Of a stretch of 64,000 nucleotides of DNA, positions 1 through 11,263 are shown in pieces. This DNA is from Mobula hypostoma. Lineage: Eukaryota. Under the pieces are notes generated by a model that had not been told where the DNA came from, ran no database searches, and saw only the letters and a program-made list of their open reading frames with translations. Made by a program: the position numbers and the translations under genes. Position 1 is the stretch's first letter, and every line of letters begins with the position of its first letter. The stretch spans positions 20,026,001-20,090,000 of the forward strand of contig NC_086108.1 in assembly GCF_963921235.1 (NCBI RefSeq), in the 5' to 3' direction.

Positions 1-3000
1 TGAGGACGAGCAAGTGAGGTAGGGCTGGGTAAGTTCCTTTAAAAGGAGAACTGTCTGCAGTGGTATTTTATTTGAAGCAAGGAAGGCGGCGAGTCTGTAG
101 TGTATTGGGTAGGTCATGACAGCTGAGATCTGCCCCGTAGTTTGTTCCTCCTGCAGCATGTGGGAAATCAGGGATACTTCCAGTGTCCCTGACGACAATG
201 TGTGCAGAAAATGTGTCCAGCTGCAGCTTCTGGCAGACTGCATTGAACAGCTGGAGCTGCAATTGGATTCATACTGGAGCATCCGCGATGCTGAGAAAGT
301 TGTGAATAGCACGTTCAGTGAGTTGGCCACACCGCAGGTAAAGGCTACCCAGGCAGAAAGGAAATGGGTGGCCACTAGACAGCATAGCAGTAGGCAGGTA
401 GTGCAGGAGTCCCCTGAGGTCATCTCCCTCCTAAACAGATATACTGTTTTGGAAACTGTTGGGGGAGATGTCTCATCAGGGGAAGGCAGCAGCAACCGAG
501 TTCATGGCACCATGGGTGGCTCTGCAGCACAGGAGGGAAGGAAAAGGAGTGGGAGAGCTATAGTGATAGGGGATTCGATTGTAAGGGGAATAGATAGGTG
601 TTTCTGCGGCCACAAACGAGACTCCAGGAGGGTATGTTGCCTCCCTGGTGCAAGGGTCAAGGATGTCTCTGAGCGGCTGCAGGACATTCTGGAGTGGGAG
701 GGTGAACAGCCAGTGGTCGTGGTGCACCTAGGTACCAATGATATAGGTAAAAAATGGGATGAGGTCCTACAAGGTGAGTTTAGGGAGTTAGGAGATAAAC
801 TAAAAAGTAGGACCACAAAGGTAATAATCTCTGGATTACTACCAGTGCCACGTGCTAGTCAGAGTAGAAATAGGAGGATATTTCAGATGAATATGTGGCT
901 TTAAATATGGTGCAAGGGGGAGGGATTCAAATTTCTGGGGCATTGGAACCAGTTCTGGAGGAGGTGGGACCGGTACAAACAGGACAGTCTGCACCTGGGC
1001 TGGACTGGAACCAATGTCCTAGGGGGAGCGTTTGCTACTGTTGCTCAGGAGGATTTAAACTAATGTGGCAGGGGGATGGGAACAAGTGCAGAGAGACAGA
1101 GGGGTGTAAAATGAGGGTAGAAGCAAAAAGTAGTAAGGTGAAAAGTAAAAGTGGCAGGCTTGCAAATCCAGGGCAAAAATCAAAAAGGGCCACTTTTCAA
1201 CATAATTGTATAAGGGCTAAGAGTGTTGTAAAAGCAAGCCTGAAGGCTTTGTGTGTCAATGCAAGGAGCATTTGTAACAAGGTGGATGAATTGAATGTGC
1301 AGATAGTTATTAATGAATATGATATAGTTGGGATCACAGAGACATGGCTCCAGGGTGACCAAGGATGGGAGCTCAACATTCAGGGATATTCAATATTCAG
1401 GAGGGATAGACTTGAAAGTAAAGGAGGTGGGGTGGCATTGCTGGTTACAGAGGAGATTAACGCAATAGAAAGGAAGGACATTAGCCGGGAGGATGTGGAA
1501 TCGATATGGGTAGAGCTGCATAACACTAAGGGGCAGAAAACGCTGGTGGGAGTTGTGTACAGGCCACCTAACAGTAGTAGTGAGGTTGGGAATGGCATTA
1601 AACAGGAAATTAGAAATGCATGCAATAAAGGAACAGCAGTTAAAATGGGTGACTTCAATCTACATATAGATTGGGTGAACCAAATTGGTAAGGGTGCTGA
1701 GGAAGAGGATTTCTTGGAATGTATGCGGGATAGTTTTCTGAACCAACATGTTGAAGAACCAACTAGAGAACAGGCCATTATGGACTGGGTATTGAGCAAT
1801 GAGGAAGGGTTAGTTAGCAATCTTGTCGTGCGAGGCCCCTTGGGTAAGAGTGACCATAATATGGTGCAATTATTCATTAAGATGGAGAGTGATATAGTTA
1901 ATTCAGAAACAAAGGTTCTGAACTTAAAGAAGAGTAACTTTGAAGGTATGAGATGTGAATTAGCTAAGATAGACTGGCAAATGATACTTAAAGGGGTGAC
2001 GGTGGATATGCAATATACATTTAAAGATCGCATGGATGAACTACAACAATTGTTCATCCCAGTTTGGCAAAAGAATAAACCAGGGAAGGTAGTGCACCCA
2101 TGGCTGACAAGGGAAATTAGAGATAGTATCAATTCCAAAGAAGAAACATACAAATTAGCCAGAAAAAGCGGCACACCTGAGGACTGGGAGAAATTCAGAG
2201 TCCAGCAGAGGAGGTCAAAGGGCTTAATTAGGAAAGGGAAAAAAGATTATGAGAGAAAGCTATCAGGGAACATAAAAACTGACTGTAAAAGCTTTTATAG
2301 ATATGTGAAAAGAAAAAGATTGATTAAGACAAATGTAGGTCCCTTACAGTCAGTAACAGGTGAATTGATCATGGGGAACAAGGACATGGCAGACCAATTG
2401 AATAACTACTTTGGTTCTGTCTTCACTAAGGAGGACATAAATAATCATCTGGAAATAGTAGGGGACCAAGAGTCTAGTGAGATGGAGGAACCGAGGGAAA
2501 TACATGTTAGTAGGGAAGTGGTGTTAGGTAAATTGAAGGCAGCTAAATTCCCAGGGCCAGATGGTCTGCATCCCAGAGTGCTTAAGGAAATAGCCCAAGA
2601 AATAGTGGATGCATTACTGATAATTTTTCAAAACTCTTTAGATTCTGATTTAGTTCCTGAGGATTGGAGGGTGGCTAATGTAACCCTGCTTTTTAAAAAA
2701 GGAGGGCGAGAGAAACTGAGGAATTATAGACCGGTAAGCCTGACATCGGTGGTGGGGAAAATGCTAGAGTCAGTTATCAAAGATGTGACAACAGCACATT
2801 TGGAAAGTGGTGAAATCATCGGATAAAGTCAGCATGGATTTGTGAAAGGAAAATCATATCTGACAAATCTCATAGAATTTTTTGAGGATGTAACTAGTAG
2901 AGTGGATAGGGGAGAATCAGTGGATATGGTACATTTGGAATTTCAAAACGCTTTTGACAAGGTTCCACAAAGGAGATTAGTGTGCAAACTTAAAGCACAC

Positions 3001-3373
3001 GGTATTGGGGGTATGGTATTGATGTGAGTAGAGAACTGGTTGGCAGACAGGAAGCAAAGAGTAGGAATAAACGGGACCTTTTCAGAATGGCAGGCAGTGA
3101 CTAGTTGGGTACCGCAAGGCTCAGTGCTGGGACCCCAGTTGTTTACAATATATATTAGTGACTTAGACGAGGGAATTAAATGCAGTATCTCTAAGTTTGC
3201 AGATGACACGAAGCTGGGTGGCAGTGTTAGCTGTGAGGAGGATCTAAGAGGATGCAGGGTGACTTGGATAGGTTGGGTGAGTGGGCAAATTCATGGCAGA
3301 TGCAATTTAATGTGGATAAATGTGAGGTTATCCACTTTGGTGGCAAGAACAGGAAAACAGATTATTATCTGAA
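1..3373 (+). mobile_element. CR1 LINE lacking its 3' end: ORF1 (zinc finger + SGNH esterase) and ORF2 (APE endonuclease + RT, disrupted)
   Basis: ORF 116-904 has CSSCSMW, GDSIVRG and HLGTND. ORF 895-2826 has NARS, GITETW, VYRPP, GDFN, SDHN and PGPDG. Downstream frames have VPQGSVLGP and KFADD. Confidence 0.93.
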
Positions 3374-5868
3374 TTGATCTATCACGCCCCTATGGCTGCG
3401 GTTATAACTAATAATCAAAAATCTCCCTATTTTAGATTATATAGGGGTACTCGGCAGGGATATCCTCTTAGCCCTTTATTATTTAACTTGGCTTTAGAAC
3501 CCCTTGCTATTACTCTTAGAGATTCTAATACTGTTCAGGGTATTAAGAGAGGGGACAAATACACAAGGTTTCATTATATGCAGATGACCTGTTAGTTTAT
3601 ATTTCAGATCCTAGGAAGTCTCTTCCTTCTATGTTACCTATATTTTCTGAATTCAGTAGTTTTTCTGGGTATAAGTTAAATTTACATAAAAGTGAGTTAT
3701 TTCCTATTAATAATTACTCGCATTCAAATTATCAAGTACCTCTTAGTGTTGCTAAAAATTACTTCACCTATCTTGGTATTAAAATTTAAAAGACCTCTAT
3801 AAATATAATTTTTTTTCCATTAATTGAATACACCAAACAAAAGCTTTCTAAATGGTCACCTATGACATTAACATTTATAGGTCGAATTAATGCTATTAAA
3901 ATGATAGTTTTACCAAAATTCATCTACATTTCAGGCAGTTCCTTCCTTTGTTCCTAAAACGTTCTTTGACAGAATAGATTCTATAATCTTATCTTATATT
4001 TGGAACAATTAGAATCCTAGATTGAGTAAACCCTCATTGCAGAAATTAAAAAAGGATGGTGGTATGGATTTGCCAAATCTTAGAATGTATTACTGGGCAA
4101 TTAACATCCGATATATTACTTTTTGGATTCACTATTCAGATATACATGAATGTCCCTCATGGTTAGATTTGGAGGAAAACTCAGTAAAGGGGTTCTCTTT
4201 GGCCTCTTTACTGGGAGCTCCCCTTCCCTTTTTGTTTTCTAAGATTAGTAGACAAGATTTTAATCCCATTATTAAACATATATTAAGAATTTGGTTTCAA
4301 TTTCGTAGAATTTTTTGAGTTGAATAATTTTATTCTTTCTAGTAATATCCATCTCAATTTTTTTTAAACCATCAATTTTGGATAAGGCCTTTTTAATTTG
4401 GAAAACCAAGAGAATAATAACTTTTTCAGATTTATTTTTAGGGGATTGTTTAATGTCTTTTTCTCAGTTAGTGGATAAATATAATTTATCTAATGTACAC
4501 TTTTTTAGATATTTACAAGTTAGGAATTTTTTACGTGGTTTGCTGCCAAATTACCCTTCTGTTTATCCACCTAACATGCCCGATGCTGTCTTTCAGTTTA
4601 AACCATTTCAAAAAGGGTTGATAGCTATAATCTATAAACGGTTATTGAATTCACGAATAATATCTAATGATAAAATTGAACGTGCTTGGGAATCGGAATT
4701 TCAAAATTATTTTTCAGATAATCAATGGAGTAAAATTTTTCATTTGGTTAATAACTCATCTATTTGTGCTCGTTATTCCTTGATACAGTTCAAGGTAGTG
4801 CATCAGGCCCATATGTCAAAGGATAAACTAGCGCGTATTTTTTCCAATATTAATCCTATTTGTGACAGATGTAATATTTAGGTGGCCACTTCAACTCATA
4901 TGTTTTAGAAACATAGAAAATAGGTGCAGGAGTAGCCCATTCGGCCCTTCGAGCCTGCACCGCCATTCAGTATGATCATGGCTGATCATCCAACTCAGAA
5001 CCCTGTACCAGCCTTCCCTCCATACCCCCGATCCCTTTAGCCACAAGGGCCATATCTAACTCTCTCTTAAATATAGCCAATGAACTGGCCTCAACTGTTT
5101 CCTGTGGCAGACAATTCCACAGATTCACCACTCTCTGTGTGAAGAAGTTTTTCCTAATCTCGGTCTTGTATAAAGCTAGATAACTTTTGGAGAGATGTTT
5201 TTAAAATGCTATCAAAAGTCTTGGATCTGGATTTACAAGCTAATTTACTTACAGCAATTTTTGGGATTATTCCATCGGAAGCAGGAAATATTCCTGTTTC
5301 CGCTCAACGTATGATAGCCTTCTTGACTTTATTGGCTAGGAGAGCCATTTTATTGAAGTGGAAAGATTCTAATCCACCTTCTGTCTTTTTTTGGCTTTCC
5401 TCCATTATGTCCTGTTTAAGTTTAGAGAAAATAAGAAGTCGGACATTTGATACATCCTTTAAATTTGAGCAAATATGGCGACCTATTATTTTATATTTTC
5501 ATTTGATTTGATTCATTATTCTTCCAATTATTTCATTTTTTCAAAGTTTTAGGTTTGATCAGAAAGTCTTTTCTTTTTTCTTGGTTGTATCTCTGAATGG
5601 ACTGCTCAGTCCCCTTTTTTTGAGTGCAGTGGGTTTTTTTTTTCTTTATTTTAAATTTAAAGTTTTTTTCCCCTTTCTTTATGAATTGATAAGAGGAGAA
5701 TTAGCTATCCTTTTTTATTAATATATTGCATATTTGCTTATTACTATGTATGATTATAATATCTATTTTATCTTTTGCTTATATTGTTGCTGATATACAT
5801 TTGAGGTAATTCTCCCCTTGTCTATATATATTTTCTCTAAATCAATAAAAAGGTTAATAAAAATTAAA
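3374..5868 (+). mobile_element. 5'-truncated L1-clade LINE (RT C-terminal half, Cys-rich region, 3'UTR, A-rich tail)
   Basis: RGTRQGYPLSPLLF, YADD, GG..LPN...YYWA and CDRC...THMF motifs; T-rich 3'UTR, AATAAA and A-rich end. Confidence 0.9.
4907..5164 (-). mobile_element. CR1 3'-end fragment inserted into the L1
   Basis: Reverse complement of a CR1 3'UTR with a (TTTCTATG)n-type tail. It interrupts the L1 THMF|WSC coding sequence. Confidence 0.85.
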
Positions 5869-5883
5869 GGTTATTCTACTTAC

Positions 5884-6042
5884 TACTGGCCATTCTGGTC
5901 TCGAAATCCTCCGTCTAGCTGGGGTCTGACGAAATGGCGTATGCTTGTGTACTGTCCTCAGAACTACTGGAGGAGAATCTGTTTGAGGAAAACACACACC
6001 CATGTGCGCCATTCCAGCCTTGAAAGGTGTCAGGTGTTCCAT
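5884..6042 (-). CDS. CENPL: CENPL first coding exon (exon 5884-6049 including 7 nt of 5'UTR); gene continues left of the window
   Basis: Minus-strand ttcAG|GTTTGAT-ATG acceptor and GTA|GTAAGT phase-0 donor. The peptide MEHLTPFKAG...VHKHTPFRQTPARRRISRPEWPV resembles the recalled human CENP-L N-terminus (VRKQSSFILTPPRRKIPQ). CENPL is head-to-head with DARS2 in human. Confidence 0.8.
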
Positions 6043-6453
6043 ATCAAACCTGAATAGGGGAATAAGCGAGTAAAAGAAATTAAATATTTTGTAGCAATAA
6101 AAATAAAGCCAGTGATGGAAAGTACAGCTGCATTGGTCCAATCAATTCATAACATTTGTCTGTTCCCACCCAAGTCCAGCACAGCGTTTTTTCCCCTTGT
6201 TATTAATGGGTAATGGGTATACCTGCAATATCTGTTCAGAATACAATGTTAAATGTCACACAATGAGATTTTAAAAAGCAAAGAAAAAAAGCACAGATAC
6301 TAGAAATCTAAAACAAAACAGAAAATTTCAGAACTACTCAGCAGGTCTTTGACCCAAAACACTAATCATTTTGTTTTCCAAAGATGTACCTGATCTGCAG
6401 AACATCTCCAGCATTTCTGCTTTTAAATTCAAGCTTAAATGTATTATCATGGG

Positions 6454-7698
6454 CAGGGGTCCCCAACCTTTTTTGTACTGCAGACCGGTTTATTATTGAC
6501 AATATTCTTGCAGACCAGCCGGCCGGTGGGGGGTAGGGTTGCCAACAGACAAGAGTAGCAGTCAAATACGTTGTGTTTACCCCGAGAAAGACTACCATGA
6601 CCATGAAGCCTTGCACAGGCACCTGTGTGCACATGTGTGTACGCACCGATTTTTTTTCTACAAATCGTTTTTGGTGATTCTGTTCAGTGAAACTACACAG
6701 TACATACATTATTTCTACTTTATATAGGCTGTGTATTTATCATATCATTCCTGCTTTTACTATATGTTAGTGTTATTTTAGGTTTTATATGTTATTTGGT
6801 ATGATTTGGTAGGTTATTTTTTGGGTCTGGGAATGCTCAAAAATTTTTCCCATATAAATGAATGGTAGTTGCTTCTTCGCTTGACGCCATTTCGGCACGA
6901 AAAGTTTCATAGGAACGCTCTACCTTAGCGGGGGAAATACAGGACAAGGGCGGTCCCGTATGGGACAAACCAATTTAGCCCAATATACGGGATGTCCCGG
7001 CTAATACGGGACAGTTTGCAACCCTGGGGGGGGGGCGGGCGGGCGGTGTTAATCACTACCGGAATATAGGTGATTTCGGTAATATAGGTGATTTTCCTCG
7101 CATGAATATAGTGATAAGTCACTTATAAGTCAATAGCATCATAACATTTTAAGTAACGTTTTGGATATTAAACACACAGCGCATTTTTCCTCGTATGAAC
7201 ACATAAAATCATTGCAACACACCAATATCGCTGAATCAGTGGGAGCCCTGGGCTTGTTTCCCTGCAACAAGATGGTCCCATCGAGGGGTGATGGGAGACA
7301 GCGATACTCAAAGGCGGTTCCTTATGTCCAGTCTATTCCGCAACTTAGTTCTCGTTGCATTCATTGCAGAAAACCCCGCTTCGTAGAGATATGTTGAAAT
7401 GGAAGCAACATTTTCAGTGCTTTCGTGGCTATCTCAGGATATTTAGCCTCAACTTTGATCCAGAATGCTGGCGGAGATGTTATGTCAAACATACTTTTCA
7501 GCTCGCCGTCATTTGCAAGCTCGAGGAGTTGATCTTCTTCCCTCGCGGTCATGAATGATGCGTGCGTAATGACCTCGGGTGCGTTCAACTTCAACAGTGG
7601 GCGAGACAGGGAATGAGGAAAGGTGCAGCTGACTCATCTCGCCAAATCATATCGTTTCCTCGTGGCCCAGTAGCACATGCTTTGGTTGGGGACCACTG
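6454..7698 (-). mobile_element. Non-autonomous hAT (Charlie/Buster-like) DNA transposon
   Basis: TIRs CAGGGGTCCCCAACC and CAGTGGTCCCCAACC; perfect 8-bp TSD ATCATGGG (6446-6453 and 7699-7706); remnant hAT dimerisation domain FWIKVEAKYPEIATKALKMLLPF on the minus strand. Confidence 0.92.
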
Positions 7699-8224
7699 AT
7701 CATGGGTATAAACAGCATGAAAGTTTGCTTTATTCAGCAGCAGCACATTACAAGCAATAATTACATAAACTTAAATCAAACAATTATACACAACTTACAC
7801 TGCACAAGTAACAAAAAAAATGACATTAGTGCAAGTATAGTTTGATGTAAAATTTAGGGGTTTTCCAAGAACCACAGTGGGAAGCAACTATTATTGAACC
7901 CCTAGGTGTGGGTCATCAGGCTCATGTACACCCAGAAATGAGAAGGCGGCACGGCTCAGGTGGTGAGATCCTGGATGATAGATTTCAGTTTACTTCCAAT
8001 TTCAAAATAAAGCTCAGAAATAAATACATCAATATTTACAAAACTGTAAACTGTTCCAACCCTTCCTGTTGGATAGGTACACAAGGTTTGTGGGCCGGAT
8101 GAAGTCAAGCGGGATTTAGAGTAAAAAGGCATTTTGGTCAGCGTGAATGAGTTAAGGTGAAGCGCCTGTTTCCATACTTCACAAATCTATCAATATCAAT
8201 ATTAAATACACACACTTCTTTCAA

Positions 8225-9799
8225 CTGCTTCATTTATTCATAGATGAATATCTGCTTATCTTCCATAGAATAGTATGCTTCCCTCTTGCATAGCCTTCCA
8301 TTTTTCTTTCAATGTGCCTATCTAAGAGTCCATTAAATGTCCCTAATGTATCTGCTGTTACCACCATCCTTAGCAGAGCGTTCTATGCACCCACCACTGT
8401 GTGTAAAAAATAAACCCCATTTCTGACATCCTCCCCATACTTTCCTCTAAAACACCTTAAAATTATGCCGCCTTGCATTAGCCATTTCCACCCTGGGAAA
8501 GTCTCTGGTTGTTCACTATCTATGCCTCTTATCTTGTTCACTTCTTATCAAAGTTCAAAGTAAATTTATTGTCAAAGTATATATCACCATATACAACCTT
8601 GAAATTCATTTTCTTGTAGACGTACTCAATAATCAATGAAAGACTATCTAAAGTGGGCATTCAACCAGTGTGCAAGACAACAAACTGTGCAAATACGAAA
8701 AGAAAGAAATAATAATAAACAAGCAATAAATATCTAAAACATGAGATGAAGAGTCCTTGAAAGTGAGTCCACAGATTATGGGAACATTTCAATGATGGGG
8801 AAGTGAAGTTATCCCCTTTGGTTCAAGAGCCTGATGGTTGAGGGATAGTACTCCTGAACCTAGTGGTGTAAATTCTGGGGCTCTTGTACCTTTTTCCTGG
8901 TGGCAGCAGGAAGAAGAGAGCATGAGCTGGGTGCTTGGGGGGGGGGGGGTCTCTGATGATGGATGCTGCTTTCCTGTAATAGTGCTTCATGTAGATATGC
9001 TCAGTGGTGGAGAGGGCTTTACCCATGATGGACTGAGCTGTATTCGCTACTTTTTGGAGGATTTTTCATTCAAGGACATTGGTGTTTCCAGACCCAAGCT
9101 GTGATGCAGTCAGTCAATATAGTCTCCACTACACATCTATAGAAGTTAGATATCATGCTTACCCCTCATCCTCCTCTGCCCCAAAGAGAAAAACCCAAAC
9201 TCACTCAACCTTTTCTCACAAGGCAACATTGTGATAAATCTCCCCAGCATCTTTTCTAAAACTTCTACATTCTTCCATTGAAGCTATTGAAATTAAGCAC
9301 AATCCTCAAAGTGTGGTAGAACCTGAATTTTACAGAGCTGCAACGTTACCTCGTAGCTCTTGAACCCAATCCCCCGACTAATGAAGGCCAACACATCATA
9401 CTCTTTCTTAACAGCTCTATCAACTTCTATGACAATTTTGAGGGATCTATGGATATTAAGCCCAAGATCCCTCTGTTCCACCCTACTGCAAAAAAATCCT
9501 GCACTCTGTCTCAAGTATGATCTTCCAAAGTGCATTGCTTCACACTTTTCTGGGTTGAACTCCATCTCCCATTTCTCAGCCCAGTTCTGCATCTTATCAA
9601 TGTCCCATTGCAAACTATGACAACCTTATACACTATCCACAACATCACCAATCTTCAGGTTATCTGAGAACTTACTAACCCACCTTTCCACTTCCTCATC
9701 CAAGTCACCTATAAATTACAAAAAAATCACAAAAAGCAGGGATCCAAGACAAATCCCTGTGGAACATCACTGGTCACCAACCTCCAGGTAATATACGCT
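8225..9799 (-). mobile_element. Degenerate CR1 3' region interrupted by a Rex1-like LINE 3' fragment (~8550-9140)
   Basis: CR1 RT C-terminal motifs WQMEFNPEKCE and PHFE. The insert begins with the reverse complement of a ...ACTTTGAACTT tail. Confidence 0.7.
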
Positions 9800-11259
9800 T
9801 GTGATGAAATCCTAAGGATTATTCATTATGGACTCTGCCTTTAAAAAGAGAGAGAAAGCTGTACAGCACAAACAGCTTGTTGCAGAGAGAGATAGGGGCC
9901 AAGACTGCTTACAGTTTGTTTGGGATTTATGCAAGGACACTGCCAGTTTCTGAGTTCCTACAGAGAGAGAGGGGAGGAGCTACATGATGGACAGCTGGTG
10001 TTTGGCACAACAGTATTTAAACCAGCGTAGTTGCTTGTTTCGCAGGACACGCAGACGCACTAAGGTGTGGCGAAACTACCACTACACTTGCAGGTGCCCA
10101 CGAGTGTGGGACTGAGGATCGATTAAGAGGAAATTATTATTAGTGCATGAAAGAGCAACCCTGTGGAATCTACAGTGTGTCTAACTCTTGCCTGGGTTGG
10201 TAGATTATCACTTGAAGACGGCGCTCTTAAGTTGGTCAAATCTGGCTAACTTGGAAGTTTCGGGGGACAACGGGAAGAATCGACGGCATCGGCTTACGTG
10301 GACAACAAATCATCTCTCTCTCTCTCCTCAGTTCTACTCAACTCAATAACATGAACTGAACTGACTTCGTTTACCCACCATCATAGGACTGTATCACTTA
10401 CCACCCAAGTTGAAGTTGTTTGCATTTTATATTTCCACACCTATATATGCATAAACTTTGCTAACCTGTTTGATTTATCTGGTTATATATTACTGTATTG
10501 CGTAGTTTAGATTATTAGATTATGAGGACACTCAGTCCTTGTTTATTGTCATTTAGAAATGCATGCATTAAAAAATGATACAATCTTCCTCCAGAAAGAT
10601 ATCACAGAAACACAGGACAAACCAAGACTAAAATTGACAAAACCACATAATTATAACATATAGTTACAACAGTGCAAAGCAATACCGTAATTTGATAAAG
10701 AGCAGACAATGGGCACAGTAAAAAAAAGTCTCAAGTCCCAATAGCCCCATCATCTCACGCAGACGGTAGAAGGGAGAAACTCTCCCTGCCATTAACCTCC
10801 AAGCACCGCAAACTTGCCAATGCATTGGAAGCACCCGACCGCAGCCGACTCTGAGTCCGTCCGAAAACTTCGAGCCTCCGACCAGCCCTCTGACACCGAG
10901 CACCATCTCTGCCGAGCGCTTCGATCCCACCCCGGCCGCAAAGCAATAAGCAAAGCTGAGGACTCGGGGTCTTCCCCTCCGGAGATTCTGGATCACACAG
11001 TAGCAGCGAAGCAGGCATTTCAGAAATTTCACTAGATGTTCCTCCGTGCTCTCATGTCTGTCTCCATTAAATCGGGACTGTGCACGGCACCCTACTTGAC
11101 AGATAACAGATATTACCACCGGAGTGGCCGCTGCAAGCTGCGTCGCGCCACCATCTTCTCCTCCCGCCGTTTATTAGTTACTAATAAAAATAGTGTTAGT
11201 AAACAGCAAAACCAGACTCCAGGTGTGTTCCATTTCTGCTGGTTACCAGGTACATAACA
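9800..11259 (+). mobile_element. Solo LTR (TG...CA) inserted in CR1 and itself interrupted at 10506-11168
   Basis: Starts TGTGATG, ends TAACA, AATAAA near the end. 4-bp TSD CGCT (9796-9799 and 11260-11263); the CR1 host sequence rejoins across it. Confidence 0.85.
10506..11168 (-). mobile_element. ~660-bp non-autonomous retroelement, copy 1
   Basis: Minus strand starts GGCGGGAGGAGAAGATGGTGGCG and ends in AATAAA plus a TAATC-like tail. Homologous to 18820-19047 + 24926-25396. Confidence 0.75.
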
Positions 11260-11263
11260 CGCT

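Noticed and set aside
116..904. GDSL/SGNH esterase-like ORF as a host gene or novel enzyme
   Set aside because: It is the standard zinc finger + esterase ORF1 of CR1 LINEs, and homologues recur at 43.1, 47.4 and 62.2 kb.
1380..2174. Long antisense ORFs over CR1 ORF2 (also 48572-49303)
   Set aside because: These are shadow frames opposite purine-rich LINE coding sequence, with no recognisable domains.
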